Positions 1 to 12,668 of a DNA stretch of 28,016 bases are shown here, piece after piece. The stretch is from Octopus sinensis (lineage: Eukaryota). Every line of letters starts with the position of its first letter. Positions within the stretch are counted from its first letter, which is position 1. The position numbers and the translations under genes were made by a program. Below the pieces are notes generated by a model. The model saw nothing but the letters and a program-made list of their open reading frames with translations. It was not told the origin of the DNA and made no database searches. Where the stretch lies: assembly GCF_006345805.1 (NCBI RefSeq), contig NW_021827532.1, forward strand, positions 1 through 28,016. Reading direction: 5' to 3'.

Positions 1-5
1 ATATG

Positions 6-36
<31 letters not shown>

Positions 37-705
37 GTATATCATTTGAATATATATTTGCATATATATATATATATATATAGAATATATATCTATATAT
101 ATATATATATATATATAATATAATATTGTATCTAGGTTAGTTGAATATGTTTCTGATATATATCCACTGCTGAACAACAAGGTGAAAAGGTATTGAAACA
201 ACATATGTGTCCAGTGCTTCCATCTCGACAGCGAAAGTGCTAGAAACATCAAAGTCTGTGATCCTGGCACTGGACAGAAATGGCGTTTTTATATACTTTT
301 AGGTGAAGGGAGAATTCTCACCACTGTGTGAACTGCTGTAAATTGCTTTTAACAATTGAAATATATATAACTAGAATAAAATTTGCATAATACTGGAAAA
401 TCTTTAATGAAGGGCAATATTAATATTAATTAATAATTCAGTAATGACACGATGATGTTGATGATGGTGATGACAAATAAATGGTAGTGACGGGGGTGGG
501 TGGATGTATTCAGTTTTAGACTGAAAAAATATAAAAATATTGAAAACAATTGTTTAGAAAAACGAAACATTTCAGATGGCCAGAATTTGTCGATGGAATA
601 GTTATCAGCATCTCACCAGTGGTCAAATTGGGAATGTCAGCACTTAAGAGGGAAAAACAAAATGCGAAACTGCTATCAAACGGATGCCATCTGCACTGAG
701 TATTA

Positions 706-797
706 GAAACACACAGACACACACACACACACACAGACACACACACACACACACATACACACAAACACACACACACATGCACACACACAAACACAGA
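706..797 (+). repeat. (CA)n microsatellite
   Basis: Read directly. (TA)n at 1-122 and (TCTA)n/(TA)n at 927-1170 lie nearby. Confidence 0.97.
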
Positions 798-986
798 CGT
801 GATGTGTTTGCCTGTAAACTCAAGTGGTTGCTAAGCAAAGGATGGGTGGACAAATTTTGTATCACAGAAATACAATGTTATTTATTTAACAAAAAACGAA
901 CCAATATTTTAGCACACACTAACTCATGTCTATCTATCTATCTATGTATCTATCTATCAATCTCTCTCTCTATATATATATGTATG

Positions 987-1018
<32 letters not shown>

Positions 1019-1484
1019 AAAGTACATACATGCATGTGTGTATATCATTCTACATATCGATAATTCAAAATGCATATATATATACATGTAAATATATATA
1101 TATAGATGTATATATATATATATATACGTTCAACAACGTTCTATATAATATATATATATATATATATTATATATGTAGGTCCGCGGTTGATCCGGGGTTA
1201 ACCACAGTAAGTAAGGTACTCAATACATAGCAGAGTAAAATTAATTTATTTATATAGAAGAGCTTCTACAGGACTAGTACTGTTTCATTCAAGAGAATCT
1301 TCAGGAAGCTATTTAACAGAATTGTATTAGCATTTATACATTTAGGCAGGTTTAAAGGAGTGGTGGTGGGGGACTTTTTTGGGGTAGGCATAGCGCAAAA
1401 TATCATACTTGGGGAGTGGTCAAGGAGTCAGTGGTAAGTTAGATGAAAGAATAGATAAATAAAAAAAAATAAAAAATAAAAAAA

Positions 1485-1550
1485 AAAGGTCTTAGGAGAA
1501 AAGGTAATAGGAGAAAAGCACCCCCGATTACCTTTTCTCCTAAGACCTTT
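1485..1550. repeat. Perfect 24-bp inverted repeat, 18-nt loop
   Basis: AAAGGTCTTAGGAGAAAAGGTAAT (1485-1508) pairs with ATTACCTTTTCTCCTAAGACCTTT (1527-1550). Confidence 0.95.
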
Positions 1551-1554
1551 CACA

Positions 1555-2384
1555 TATTGTATGTGCACGATGTATATGTGTATCGTATGTATGTATAATG
1601 TATAGAATGCATGGGTACAGTAGGAATATACGCATGTATATGGTGTGGTGTGGATGTAGCATGTAAAAAAATATATATATGTATAATGTTTGCATATATG
1701 ATGATATATATATATAATATATATATATGTATGTGCTTGTATGTGTGGTGTGGGTGTATTATATGTATTGTGTTTGTACGTATATGTGTATATACGTGTA
1801 AATGTATGTGTTTTTGTATGTGTATGTATGTATAAAATATTATATAATTAGGGCTTAGTAAAATAAAATAAATTACTTTGCCACATACTAAACTTTCTAG
1901 AAATAGCAGCCAATAAAGGGTTTTAGCCTCTTCCACTACTTAGAGAATTTTTTCCCTCTAACATTGTTTACTCAAAATAATAATGGTCCCTTTACATACT
2001 GAATTCTTGGTGAATCTGATTAATAACTAATTAACTTTACCCTCCCTTGTTGATACATATATATATATGTATGTGTGTACATGTATGTATATATATGTGT
2101 GTGTGTGTATGTGTGTATGTATGTATTTGTATATGTGTGTGTGTATATGTATGTGCGCGCGTGTGTGTGTATGCATGTGTATGTATATTTGTATATGTAT
2201 GTGCATGTGTATGTATATGTGTATATATATGTATATGTATGTATATATATGTATATATATATATATATATATGTATATGTATGTATATGTATGTATATAT
2301 GTGTGTGTATGTGTGTATTATGTACGTATTTATATAGATATGTAATTTTTGTATATATATGTATGTATATGCATCTGTCTGTGT

Positions 2385-2418
<34 letters not shown>

Positions 2419-2462
2419 GTGTATCATTATTGCGTATGTATACATGTATATGTGTATATGTA

Positions 2463-2497
<35 letters not shown>

Positions 2498-2511
2498 GTA
2501 TATATGTGGGG

Positions 2512-2553
<42 letters not shown>

Positions 2554-2667
2554 GTATATGTATATGTATATATATGTATATATGTATGTGTGTATGTGCG
2601 GTGTATGCGTATACGTGTATGTATGTATGTATGTGTGGGCGTATATTTGTATATGTATGTGTGAGTG

Positions 2668-2713
<46 letters not shown>

Positions 2714-2942
2714 TGGGGGTGTGTGTATGCGTATAAGTGCATGTAAGTATGGATGTATGGATGTATGTATGTATGTTTACGTATGTATGTGTTTGTGGTA
2801 TATTTATGTAGGTGTGTGTATGTATGTGTGTATATATGTATATACATATATATGTGTGTATATATGTTTGTGTATGTATATATATGTGTATGTATGTGTG
2901 TGTATATATATGGGTGTGTGTGTATGTATGTATATGTATATA

Positions 2943-2985
<43 letters not shown>

Positions 2986-3090
2986 ATATATATATATATA
3001 TATGTGTATATGTATGTGTGTGTATGTATATATATATATATAGGTATGTATCTGTATGTAGGAGTATATATATGTGTGTGTGTGTGTGTA

Positions 3091-3135
<45 letters not shown>

Positions 3136-3600
3136 GTATATTTATTGGTGTATATATATAGACTAGCCTCCTAAAGTGTAGACATGAATCTGTAGGTACG
3201 AGTACGTATGTGTATATACGTGAACGTATGTAGATGTTTGTATGTATGAATATAACGCGTGCGTACGTGTATGTGTATGAGTGTACGAATGGGTGTATGT
3301 ACGTGCTAATGAGTGTGCGTGCGGGAGGGAACGAGTACTTGCCTTCTAGTACAGACAATTTGGACATGCTGCCATCGCCAGGATCCTTAGCTCTAGCGAT
3401 CAAAGATAACAAAAGTAATAAATGAAGATAATAAAATTAAAATTAGGGAATGGGCCTGTATTGGATTGTGTATATATATATATGTATATATATACATATA
3501 TATATATGTATGTGTATGTGTGTATGTGTAGGTATGTATAGGCACACATGTGTACGTATGTGTGTGTGTATGTATATGTGTTTATGTATGTATGTGCACA
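1555..3600 (+). repeat. Compound (TG)n/(TA)n/(TGTA)n microsatellite field (main blocks 1555-1840, 2050-3160, 3465-3600)
   Basis: Read directly. Source of the spurious Y/I/V/C/H/T-rich ORFs. Confidence 0.97.
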
Positions 3601-4346
3601 CATTTTATTTTTTTATTTTTTATTTTTTTATTTATTATTTTTTTATTTTTTATTTTTTATTTTTTATTTTTTTATTTATCTATTCTTTCATCTAACTTAC
3701 CACTGACTCCTTGACCACTCCCCCAAGTATGATATTTTGCGCTATGCCTACCCCCAAAAAAGTCCCCCACCACCACTCCTTTAAACCTGCCTAAATGTAT
3801 AAATGCTAATACAATTCTTGTTAAATAGCTTCCTGAAGATTTCTCTTGAATGAAACAGTACTAGTCCTGTAGAAGCTCCTTCTATATAATAATTATATAT
3901 ATATAATATATAATATATATATATATTATATATATATATAACCATTCTATTTTCTCACTTGACCGCTGGTGCCAGAATTTTTTCTTGAATTTTATGTTAC
4001 CCTTATATTGATTGATTATTATTATATATATATATATATATATAATATTATATATATATATAATATATAATATAATAGCTATATATTACATATATGTATA
4101 TATATTTACATGTATATATAATATGCATTTTGAAAATCGATGTATAGAATGATATACACATATGCATAAAACTATATATGCATTATGCATATACGGGATT
4201 GTCAAGCTACTACTTCTGTTTGGTTAGTAATTAAAGAGATAACTTCTGTTTGGAAGTATTAAAGAGATAATTACAATGTTTGTGCTGAAAGAGAATCCTT
4301 ATTTGCCATAATTAGTCATCTTCATATTAAGGTGGCGGCTGACAGA

Positions 4347-4400
<54 letters not shown>

Positions 4401-5898
4401 TATATTATATACATATATGTATATAAATTTACATATATATATATATACATACACAAACGTACTCACACAATCTAAACTGTTGTGTGTATATGGAATAATA
4501 ATAAATTGTTATGCGGATGCTCACGTGAACAACTTAATGAATTAGTACCGTCTTTACCCTCTAATACCTGCATCTGACGTGTGAGTCCTGCGGCAAGTTA
4601 CACAGGGTGAACTGGACGCCCCTAAATATTCGAGGGTATGTTGTACTTGAGATAACCCATGTACATGAAAGTTACAATATGCTAAACACACATGGAGAGT
4701 AAACCACGTAGAATATCACTTTCATTCTTCTGCAAGTAGCAGAATAATTCAGTCCTGGATGTCATTTAATAAATTGATGGTTTATCTTGATAGTAAGGTC
4801 AGACTTATATTTCGGAGAGATCTATGAAAATTAAAATCCACATCATGTGATGCATTACAATAATTATTGAAGATGTAGGTTTCAGGACTAATGAATGTCC
4901 ATTACTTGAACATTTGCGCTATCAGCCCTGTCGTAGGCATTTGAGACAATGATATTCCATTGTCTCACTCTCTATCGTCTTAACCACGGAAAGGACACAA
5001 CACACATTGCAGTATAAGTGAATGGACGGGATGATCATGACCAAAACGCCTCTGATCATAGTCTTGTCACCAGTGAACAACAAGCATTCTTTAGAAACAA
5101 CTGAAATATATTCTGGGAAACGAGGAAAATTCATCGGGTTTGCATTTTAGTAACTAGAGAGATGAGGTTGTGTATTTGAGCAGATATCGCCATCCCAATA
5201 ATCGACAAAAACAATGGCTTTTGTTTTAGAAAAGCGTCATGTAGATAAGAATATTCTCTGGGTGTTGTCAGGACATATGAAAATTAAAGTTTTGGTAAAA
5301 TAAAAGAAGTCGAGAACACATGAAAATCGTGATTAGGGATGCTATTCACGATAACAAGGTCGTGATTTCAAATACAGACCCGAGAGGCGTATGGCGCGAA
5401 AGACACTTCATCTCATGTTACACAGTGACCATTTCAACACTTGACGTGTAGGAATGGTGGATAGCTGGAAATTGGATTTATTTTCCGGATATTAAAGAAT
5501 TCAGCCAATCACATACATCAAGGGAAAATACTGGCACTCTCGTTTAAAAAAAATATAGAGAATTATTACCACCGGGTATTTCATTCAGTATACTTATCGG
5601 ATAGCTGCTGGAACGTGAGACAAAAAACTTATATGAGGCAATAGAATATTCCGATAAGTGGATAAAACTTATTTAATTTCTTTTAAAAATTTCTTTTAAA
5701 AATTTAAAACTGAAGTCATATATACACACATTAATGTACACACACTCATACACACTCATATATTTGTCCGTATTTGTGCATGTATATATATCCTCATGCA
5801 TATTTATATACCATACATGATTACATATGACACCGCGTAGCAATTCTTTGTCCTGAAATCCTAGATTGCCGCTCATATAATGTTGTCTCTGACGTAGG

Positions 5899-6026
5899 TA
5901 CAAGGCCAGTGGTTATGTTTTTGTGGGGGAGGTGGACAGTCGAGTATTTGGACTTCAACACCTCTGAGAAGTGAAAGGCAAAGGTGAGTTCGACAGGAAA
6001 GGAACTCAGAACGCAAATAGACAAAT
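5899..6026 (-). mobile_element. Second-family SINE fragment, antisense (duplicated at 7101-7227)
   Basis: GTGAAAGGCAAAGGTGAGTTCGACAGGAAAGGAACTCAGAACGCAA is the reverse complement of the SINE body seen at about 13190-13235. Confidence 0.55.
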
Positions 6027-6144
6027 CAATTTTTGTTACTTTTCTTTTAAGATTTAACATTTGTATCTACACAAACACACATATATATGATTTATTTTCC
6101 CTCTTACGAGTGGATTAGGTAGACGGAAACCGAAAAAAGTTCTT

Positions 6145-6910
<766 letters not shown>

Positions 6911-7430
6911 ATGTACATAGATTCACACACTCATGTGCACACACACACTCATACACACACATATATTTGTGCGCGTTTGTGTATGTATATATATCCTCAT
7001 GCATCTTTGTATAATCATACATGATTACATATGACAACGCGCAGCAATTCTTTGTCCTAAAATCCTAGATTGCCACCTACTAAGTGGTTTCTGGATTAGG
7101 TACAAGGCCAGTGGTTGTGTTTTTGTGGGGAAGGTCGAAAGTCGAGTAATTGGACTTCAGCACCTCTGAGAAATGAAAGGCAAAGGGGAGTTCGACAGGA
7201 AAGGAACTCAGAACGCAAATAGTGAAATCAATTTTTGTTACTATTCTTTTAAGATTTAACATTTATACACACACACATATATATGATTTATTTTTCCCTC
7301 TCTCTCTATCTTTCTATAACTATGCAACTTAATAGAATAACTTTGTTACACGCACGTCAGAAATATTATTTAAATATTTGTTTGTCCTGTCCATTGTATA
7401 TATAGACTTATACATAAACACACATGCATA

Positions 7431-7578
7431 GACGTGGCTATGTGGTAAGAAACTTGCTCCGCAAGCACGTAGATCCAGATTCAGTTTCCACTGCATGGCA
7501 TTTTGGGAAATTGTTTTCTACTATAGTCTCGGGATGACCAAATTTTGTGAGTGGATTGGGTAGACGGAAACCGAAATT
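7431..7578 (+). mobile_element. tRNA-derived SINE, 5' head (octopus family containing GAGTGGATTTGGTAGACGGAAAC)
   Basis: A-box-like TGGCTATGTGG, a degenerate B box, a CORE-like TTGGGAAATTGTTTTCTACTATAG, then GAGTGGATTGGGTAGACGGAAACCGAAA. Matches my recollection of an abundant Octopus SINE. Confidence 0.65.
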
Positions 7579-7604
7579 TTATAGGTTCTGTTGATTTGGG
7601 GTAA

Positions 7605-9960
7605 TCCTGTATATGTTGAGCTAAAGGGTGAAAGCCGAGCTGAGGCGATTTTCTTCAAAGAATTGAATCTTTCAGGCAACGTCTCCCTGCGATTGAAGAT
7701 GGCAACTGAATTCTGTAAGCTGCTTCTTTCAAGAGATTTTCGTAATTCCATATATTTTCCCCCCATAATTCTGAAGTGGTTAATTCAATCATTTCCACTT
7801 CAAAACTATCCTGTATATTTGTTTTTGAGCCAAAATGTGAGAGATTAAATGAGTTCGTTTTCAAATCCCTCAAAGTCGGGTTTCATGAGAAATGAAAATA
7901 TAGGAGCATCTGTTTCGAAATATTTATCTCACTTGAAAATTCTTCTTTCAACGTTGCAATATATTTTTGAAGTTCGTTTTTATTAAATATTAAATCGATT
8001 TGAATAATCTTTTACATTTGGAAAGTATTTTTATGTATTGCTAAATTTATCACGCAAAAAAATCTGATTTTAACAAAATCCTTTCCAATATTCAAAAACA
8101 TCAAGTACTGTTTGACCTCTCTCTTGTAAATGCAAATTTTAATCATTCAAGTACCTGTCACTTAGAAGCATCAGTTTAAATAACCCGTCTTCGTTGTTCA
8201 ATTCTGGCAACTGTTTCCTTTCAAGAAATATTCTTCTAAGCATGATACAAATCTGTTCAAAACATTACCCCGACAAAGCCAACGGACTGTAAGGACCGTG
8301 CGATGCGAGTTGACAAGAATGGCTCTTTAGTACCACATCACACAGCCCTTACAATAAAGAGAAAATTGATAGTACCATCTATTTGCCAGATGGATAAAGG
8401 AGACAACCGCGTAGAATGATTAAAAGAAGATTTATTGATATGTTAACAGATGTGTCTGTGTGTGCATCATGTATACTGAACGATAGACATGCCGTCATGA
8501 GAACAGAATGTATGCGTTGGGTTCATAGATGTAGGAGACAATTAGAGGTATATGTTGAACGTGATGTCGTGGCTGTGATGCTGCTGCCTGGGTAACTTGT
8601 ACAGGAATTCATACTGGTTGTATATTTGTTGTTGACCCATGATGAAGTAATTCATGAACAGTGAAGTGTTGGAACCTGGGTGCATCGCTTGCAGAGCTGT
8701 GTACATAGAGAGATGATGTTGAAGACGTTAAGGACATGGTGATAGCGACGAAGATGGAGGTTGTTGGAATGCTGTTGGACAAAGTTGGTAAGTCTCTGGA
8801 ACTGGCTGTGTCTTTGTGGTCAGAGGCTAGTCCTTAAAAGGTCTGGAACCAAAAGACGAAAGGAGAAAAGGGGGAGCGTTTATAAGGAGAAGTAGGCCAA
8901 AACGGGGTAGAGAACAGGCTGACTCCGACTGGTTATACGCGGCAGTTTGGCGCGACAAATTGCGCCAATACCAACTAATCAGAGTAGTGGACAGAACGGG
9001 ATCCAAATAGCGGCAAAAGGCTAGCTGTTCCATGCTACTCTCGAATGCACGTATATATAATAAATGGGAGAGAGAATTTTAACCGAGTCTACGCTGCAGG
9101 ACTTTACTGTGAAGTGGAAGTCTGCATATTCGCTGTCCAGTTCCTGCAGAAGAGACTTAAATTGTCTGTGAGTCAGTGAAGAGCAAGAAACCATGAAGTT
9201 AACTATTTTAACAACAGTTTCCACGACAGAACTCAAGCTTTGTGACGAAAGTTTTGCAACTAAATTTTCCTGATGTACAATGCAATTAAAACACATTACA
9301 CTGCGTGTGTGATTTCAAGACGCTTAAAAATCTTTTTTTCCTTCCACCCACTGCACGTGCACCCAGTAGTAATACAAAATATTTTATTTGTATTAATGGC
9401 TTGATTTTCGAAATAATTTAGAAATGCAGTCAGAATGTCCTGTCCTGTAGATGTATTGGTAAGAGGAATAATCAAACAACATGATTCTTCGTAAATACGA
9501 TCATTGTCCCTGTATCTTGCAACAATTGCTAGGTGCGCCATGTCATTCACTTGAGTACTTTCATCGATAGGGGTCACTGAATGCAGCAGCTTTTTGTAAT
9601 CTAACTTTCTGTGTTATAATTATGTTTTCAGCTATATCAGTTACACGTCTCTCAACTGATCATGCAGAAGTTGTTATTTCTTGAATTCGAGACAGTATTT
9701 TTTCAGCGTTTGCTTAAACACTGAACAAAATTTTAGCAATTCTCAAAAAAGTTTTTTTGATAAATTCTCCGGCTGTAAAAGGTTTACCTTTCTCAGCTAT
9801 ACATTAAGCAATAGTCTAACTACATTATTTAGCTTCATTGTTGGTTCCAAGTATTTGAACAAAACCAGAAGTGCTTTTTTTGTAACTAGAAATAGCCCTT
9901 TTTATGACTTGCCTTTTATCAACAAAATTTTTTGGAAGATCGCGCTTTGACAGTTCCATT
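7605..9960 (-). mobile_element. Decayed hAT (Buster/Charlie/SPIN-like, GTF2IRD2-type) transposase, interrupted by a solo LTR
   Basis: Minus-strand motifs appear in the expected order: IAEKGKPFTAGEFIK, SVERRVTDIAE, IDESTQVNDMAHLAI (first catalytic D), TSTGQDI, FCITT(D)G, NCIVHQENL (CxxH), LTHRQFKSLLQELDSEY, VRWLCRGNVLNRF, and LPERFNSLKKIASARLSPFSSTY (dimerisation domain, truncated before CE). Many stops and frameshifts. Confidence 0.92.
8288..9098 (-). mobile_element. 811-bp solo LTR with 4-bp target-site duplication
   Basis: The insert starts TGTAAG and ends GCTGCA (TG...CA). It is flanked by GGAC at 8284-8287 and 9099-9102. Removing it and one TSD rejoins the transposase at V-R-W. On the minus strand, TATAAA (8879-8884) precedes AATAAA (8431-8436), the U3-R-U5 order. 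Confidence 0.8.
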
Positions 9961-10029
9961 TCAGATGATTGCAACAACGGTGAAAAAATATCAATGTTAA
10001 TTTATTGATGCATTTGGGCAAGTCTATGT

Positions 10030-10695
10030 CTGAATTGTCTGTGTGTTTTGGGTTCTGTTTCTTTTTCTTTTGGGTGTTCAGGCGACTACTTGCCATTTTG
10101 GTCTTTCGTCGTCCCTATCCGCGCAAGGTATGTCTGAGTGCTCCGAACAGGGGAGGGGCAAATCTTGTAGAGCTTTTTGGCGTTGTCCTATTCATAACGT
10201 TGTTGCGTTTTTGGTGGTGGGGACCGGGGTTGATGCTGTTGTTTTTGCTGCTGCCCGTGCTGCTGCGATTAGTGTTGCTGCTACTGTTATTCTTGATTTT
10301 GTAGCCACGATGGTCACCTGCCTCTGTTGGTGCTGTTGTTATTGTTGTTATTGTTGCTGTGGTGGTGGTGTTGATGATGTTGGCAAAATTGAGAGGCTCC
10401 TTTCTCTAATTTGTTGTGGGCAATAGAAGAATTTTAGATGATTTGTGTCCCCACACAGATGATACCGAAACCATCAGCTTTCAAAGGCCACGTGGAGGTT
10501 GGTGCCAAAGTGTGAATTTATGATATCTGGAATTGTGTCCAGACTTTGGGTGTCCATTTTCACCCACAATTTTAGGCCTTGACCCGAATAGTTTTGTTTG
10601 TAAAGTTTCCGCATCTGTAAGATGCTCGTTTTGACCTATATGTCCAAGAGGACATCTACCAGCAAGAATCAGCCGTCTATTTCTGGTGGTGTGTC
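10030..10695 (-). mobile_element. L1/Tx1-like non-LTR ORF1 remnant with a degenerate CCHC zinc knuckle
   Basis: Minus strand reads PPEIDG*...GQGLKLWVKM...IPDII...LHVAFES*WFR-YHLCGDTNHLKFFYCP (Cx2Cx4Hx5C with the first C>Y, 10420-10464). A T/A/Q-rich low-complexity tract and KWQVVA*TPKRKR follow, as in LINE ORF1 tails. Recognised by motif only. Confidence 0.55.
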
Positions 10696-11136
10696 TTCTT
10701 TTTTAGGGTCAAAGTGGATTGATTCCTTGCCTTCTCTTCATTTTTCTGTTATGTTTTTGTTGGTGCTGATGGTTGTGATGCTGTTGTTGTTGTTGCTACA
10801 ACTACTGCTGCTGCTGCTGTCTTTGCTTTGTTTCTCAAAAATATTAACAAGCGGAAGTGACAAAATGTCAAAACGGATGATGTAAGAACCTTTACTTGCC
10901 TCGATTTGGGAAGCCAGACTGAACTTTTTCTTTTTAAAATATAAATTTGTAGTTTTTAAAACTCAAAATTCGCCTTTAAGGGGCGAATTCTGGCCACCGC
11001 AGCTAGCCCCGCTTACAGCGAGATGGGTTCTGTGGTCAATAAAATTTTGAAAACAACATTGTAACAACAATTCTAAAGAAAACTTAGAGCTCCGAACAAC
11101 TAGTCTCCAAAACCGACACAATATAATAATAACAAT

Positions 11137-11320
11137 AAAGAAATGGAGAAACTTTCAAAATACAACGACCTGGAAATAGAGGTAACTCGAACGAGGAATC
11201 TAAAAACAAACAATTCCTATCATAGTAAGTGCATTAGGCATGATAACAAATTATTCAGACAAATACATAACAAAAACACCAGGATTTACAAACACATATA
11301 ACATACAGAAAATTGCATTG
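11137..11320 (+). mobile_element. R4/Dong-type non-LTR retrotransposon C-terminal restriction-like endonuclease fragment
   Basis: KEMEKLSKYNDLEIEVTR..NLKT / frameshift / TIPIIVSALGMITNYSDKYITKTPG..NIQKIAL matches the KExEKxxKYxDL...P(I/V)(I/V)(I/V)GALG...Q tail of REL-type LINEs. Confidence 0.75.
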
Positions 11321-11339
11321 TTGAATTATTCTTTTAGAT

Positions 11340-12113
11340 CAGTATTTCTCAACGAGGATATCAGAGGAGAGTTTCAGGGAGTCGCTGGCGATGTATCGTG
11401 ATGATCAAAAATCCAACCTGCTAAAATTTGGTTAGTGATTCAAACTGCAGACTCAACGCAAAATGGTCACATTTAATTCAAAGCGTTAAAAATGGTATGA
11501 AAACAATTGGTATGAGTTCACAAAGTCCAAGCGATTAATAGGGAAAAACCTTCCAGGCTACATCCCGAAAATTCATTTCTTTGCCGAATTTCTACAATGT
11601 TTACGGCGATTCGTCTTGCTTTTTTATTTTTCATGCAATTTACGCATGCTTGCACGCGTGGTGAACACAGTTCACGTCAAACAGCCGACTGAGTAAAGTT
11701 CACTATTCAATGCATGGGAGAAGGCCTAAACAAACACATTATCGATTTTTGCACTTGCGAACAGAAATAGCGCAGTTCAATTTTCATTCGCCTAAACTTT
11801 AAGTGACCCATGTTTGGTGGTTCTACGATTTGTTGGCTAGGAGGAGATGTGCCGGGAAGTAAAAGACACAGACACACACACAGATACACAGATAGACACA
11901 CAAGTTGAGTTTTATATATATAGATTTACGTTCATGCTTTATTCTTGTTTTCAGTAAAAAAAAGTAAGTAAAATGAAATCATGATAGTTTATTTAAGGAA
12001 AAACTTTGTATGAACGCCTCTAAAACTGGGGTACAGGAAAAATCCTTTGATACAATACAGTTGCTTGTGGGGTCCCATCGGATTTAACGACCCAACCGGG
12101 TTTACAACCACTG
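11340..12113. mobile_element. Possible hAT/Charlie-type MITE or two hAT ends
   Basis: The left end CAGTATTTCTCAAC and the right-end reverse complement CAGTGGTTGTAAAC are 10/14 identical, and both resemble Charlie TIRs. No matching 8-bp TSD (TTTTAGAT vs CGTATTTA). Confidence 0.45.
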
Positions 12114-12457
12114 CGTATTTAGGGTCTACGAAACTCATGGTTCGCTAGTTTTGTATATATATATATTAGACCCCCCTCCGAGTATGGTTACAGATGTGTG
12201 TAGGAGTGCGTTTGTGTTTGTGTGTGTGAGTTTGGTGTTTTCTTTGATATTATTACGCGTTAAAGCTATAATATTTTTATAAATTTCATCACACTAATTT
12301 ATCGAAATTTAATTTTTTAGCTTTAAATATCCAATCATGAAAACAAAAATATATTTGTCATGTGGAACAGGGGTGAATTTTAGTTCCTTCAGAGAATCTG
12401 CAATTTGAAGTTAATAACATTGAAATCTCTGACATTTCCTATTTTCTTCTTTTACAG
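11964..12457 (+). other. Possible 5'-UTR intron of the LRR gene
   Basis: A consensus donor A|GTAAGTA at 11964 is upstream of the strong acceptor at 12457. The ATG lies 20 nt inside the exon, so a non-coding upstream exon is expected. Pairing is not proven. Confidence 0.3.
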
Positions 12458-12477
12458 ATAAATCTACGCCTGGCAAT

Positions 12478-12668
12478 ATGTTTCACCACGTAGTATCATT
12501 TAGACGGTCTCTTGTGTTGATACTGTGTACGATATTGTTTTTGGAGACTCAAGCTGATTCAGATATATGCAAGATATGTACTTGCTATTCACTTACAACG
12601 AGTGTAAATTGTGCAAATCGCAATTTACAATCAATTCCACAACCAATTCCGACGAATGTTGAATATTT
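12478..12668 (+). CDS. LRR gene, first coding exon: signal peptide + LRR N-terminal cap (LRRNT)
   Basis: Acceptor TTTTCTTCTTTTACAG ends at 12457, ATG at 12478, donor TT|GTAAGT at 12669 (phase 2). Peptide MFHHVVSFRRSLVLILCTILFLETQA (hydrophobic signal) then DSDICKICTCYSLTTSVNCANRNLQSIPQPIPTNVEY-L, i.e. the CxxCxC-x8-C..L..IP..IP LRRNT pattern. Confidence 0.93.

Larger units (their letters stand above)
1025..4170. repeat. Long inverted repeat: 1251-1475 vs 3665-3888, plus 1025-1110 vs 4080-4170
   Basis: The reverse complement of 3665-3888 matches 1251-1475 with only single-base homopolymer indels. The outer segments also mirror each other (GTGTATATCATTCTA...TTCAAAATGCATAT). Confidence 0.92.

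Noticed and set aside
4212-4269. About 30-bp tandem duplication (ACTTCTGTTTGG...TTAAAGAGATA x2)
   Set aside because: Ordinary slippage duplication with only two copies.
5598-5625. ATAGCTGCTGGAACGTGAGA resembling the APE endonuclease start I(A/G)TWNVR
   Set aside because: Needs a frameshift and no further endonuclease motifs follow; likely chance.
4500-5700. Non-repetitive 1.2-kb stretch with ORF 4922-5134
   Set aside because: No recognisable motif, splice pattern or TE signature; left unannotated.
10760-10815. CAG/CAA run (minus strand) as a polyQ gene
   Set aside because: Short low-complexity tract beside the LINE ORF1 remnant; the frames contain stops.
10967-10989. AATTCGCC/GGCGAATT hairpin as a terminator or regulatory stem
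   Set aside because: An 8-bp stem is expected by chance in 28 kb and has no supporting context.
11955-11963. 9-nt microexon (TTTTCAG|TAAAAAAAA|GTAAGT)
   Set aside because: Upstream of the ATG and A-run only; more simply the end of a UTR exon, or chance.
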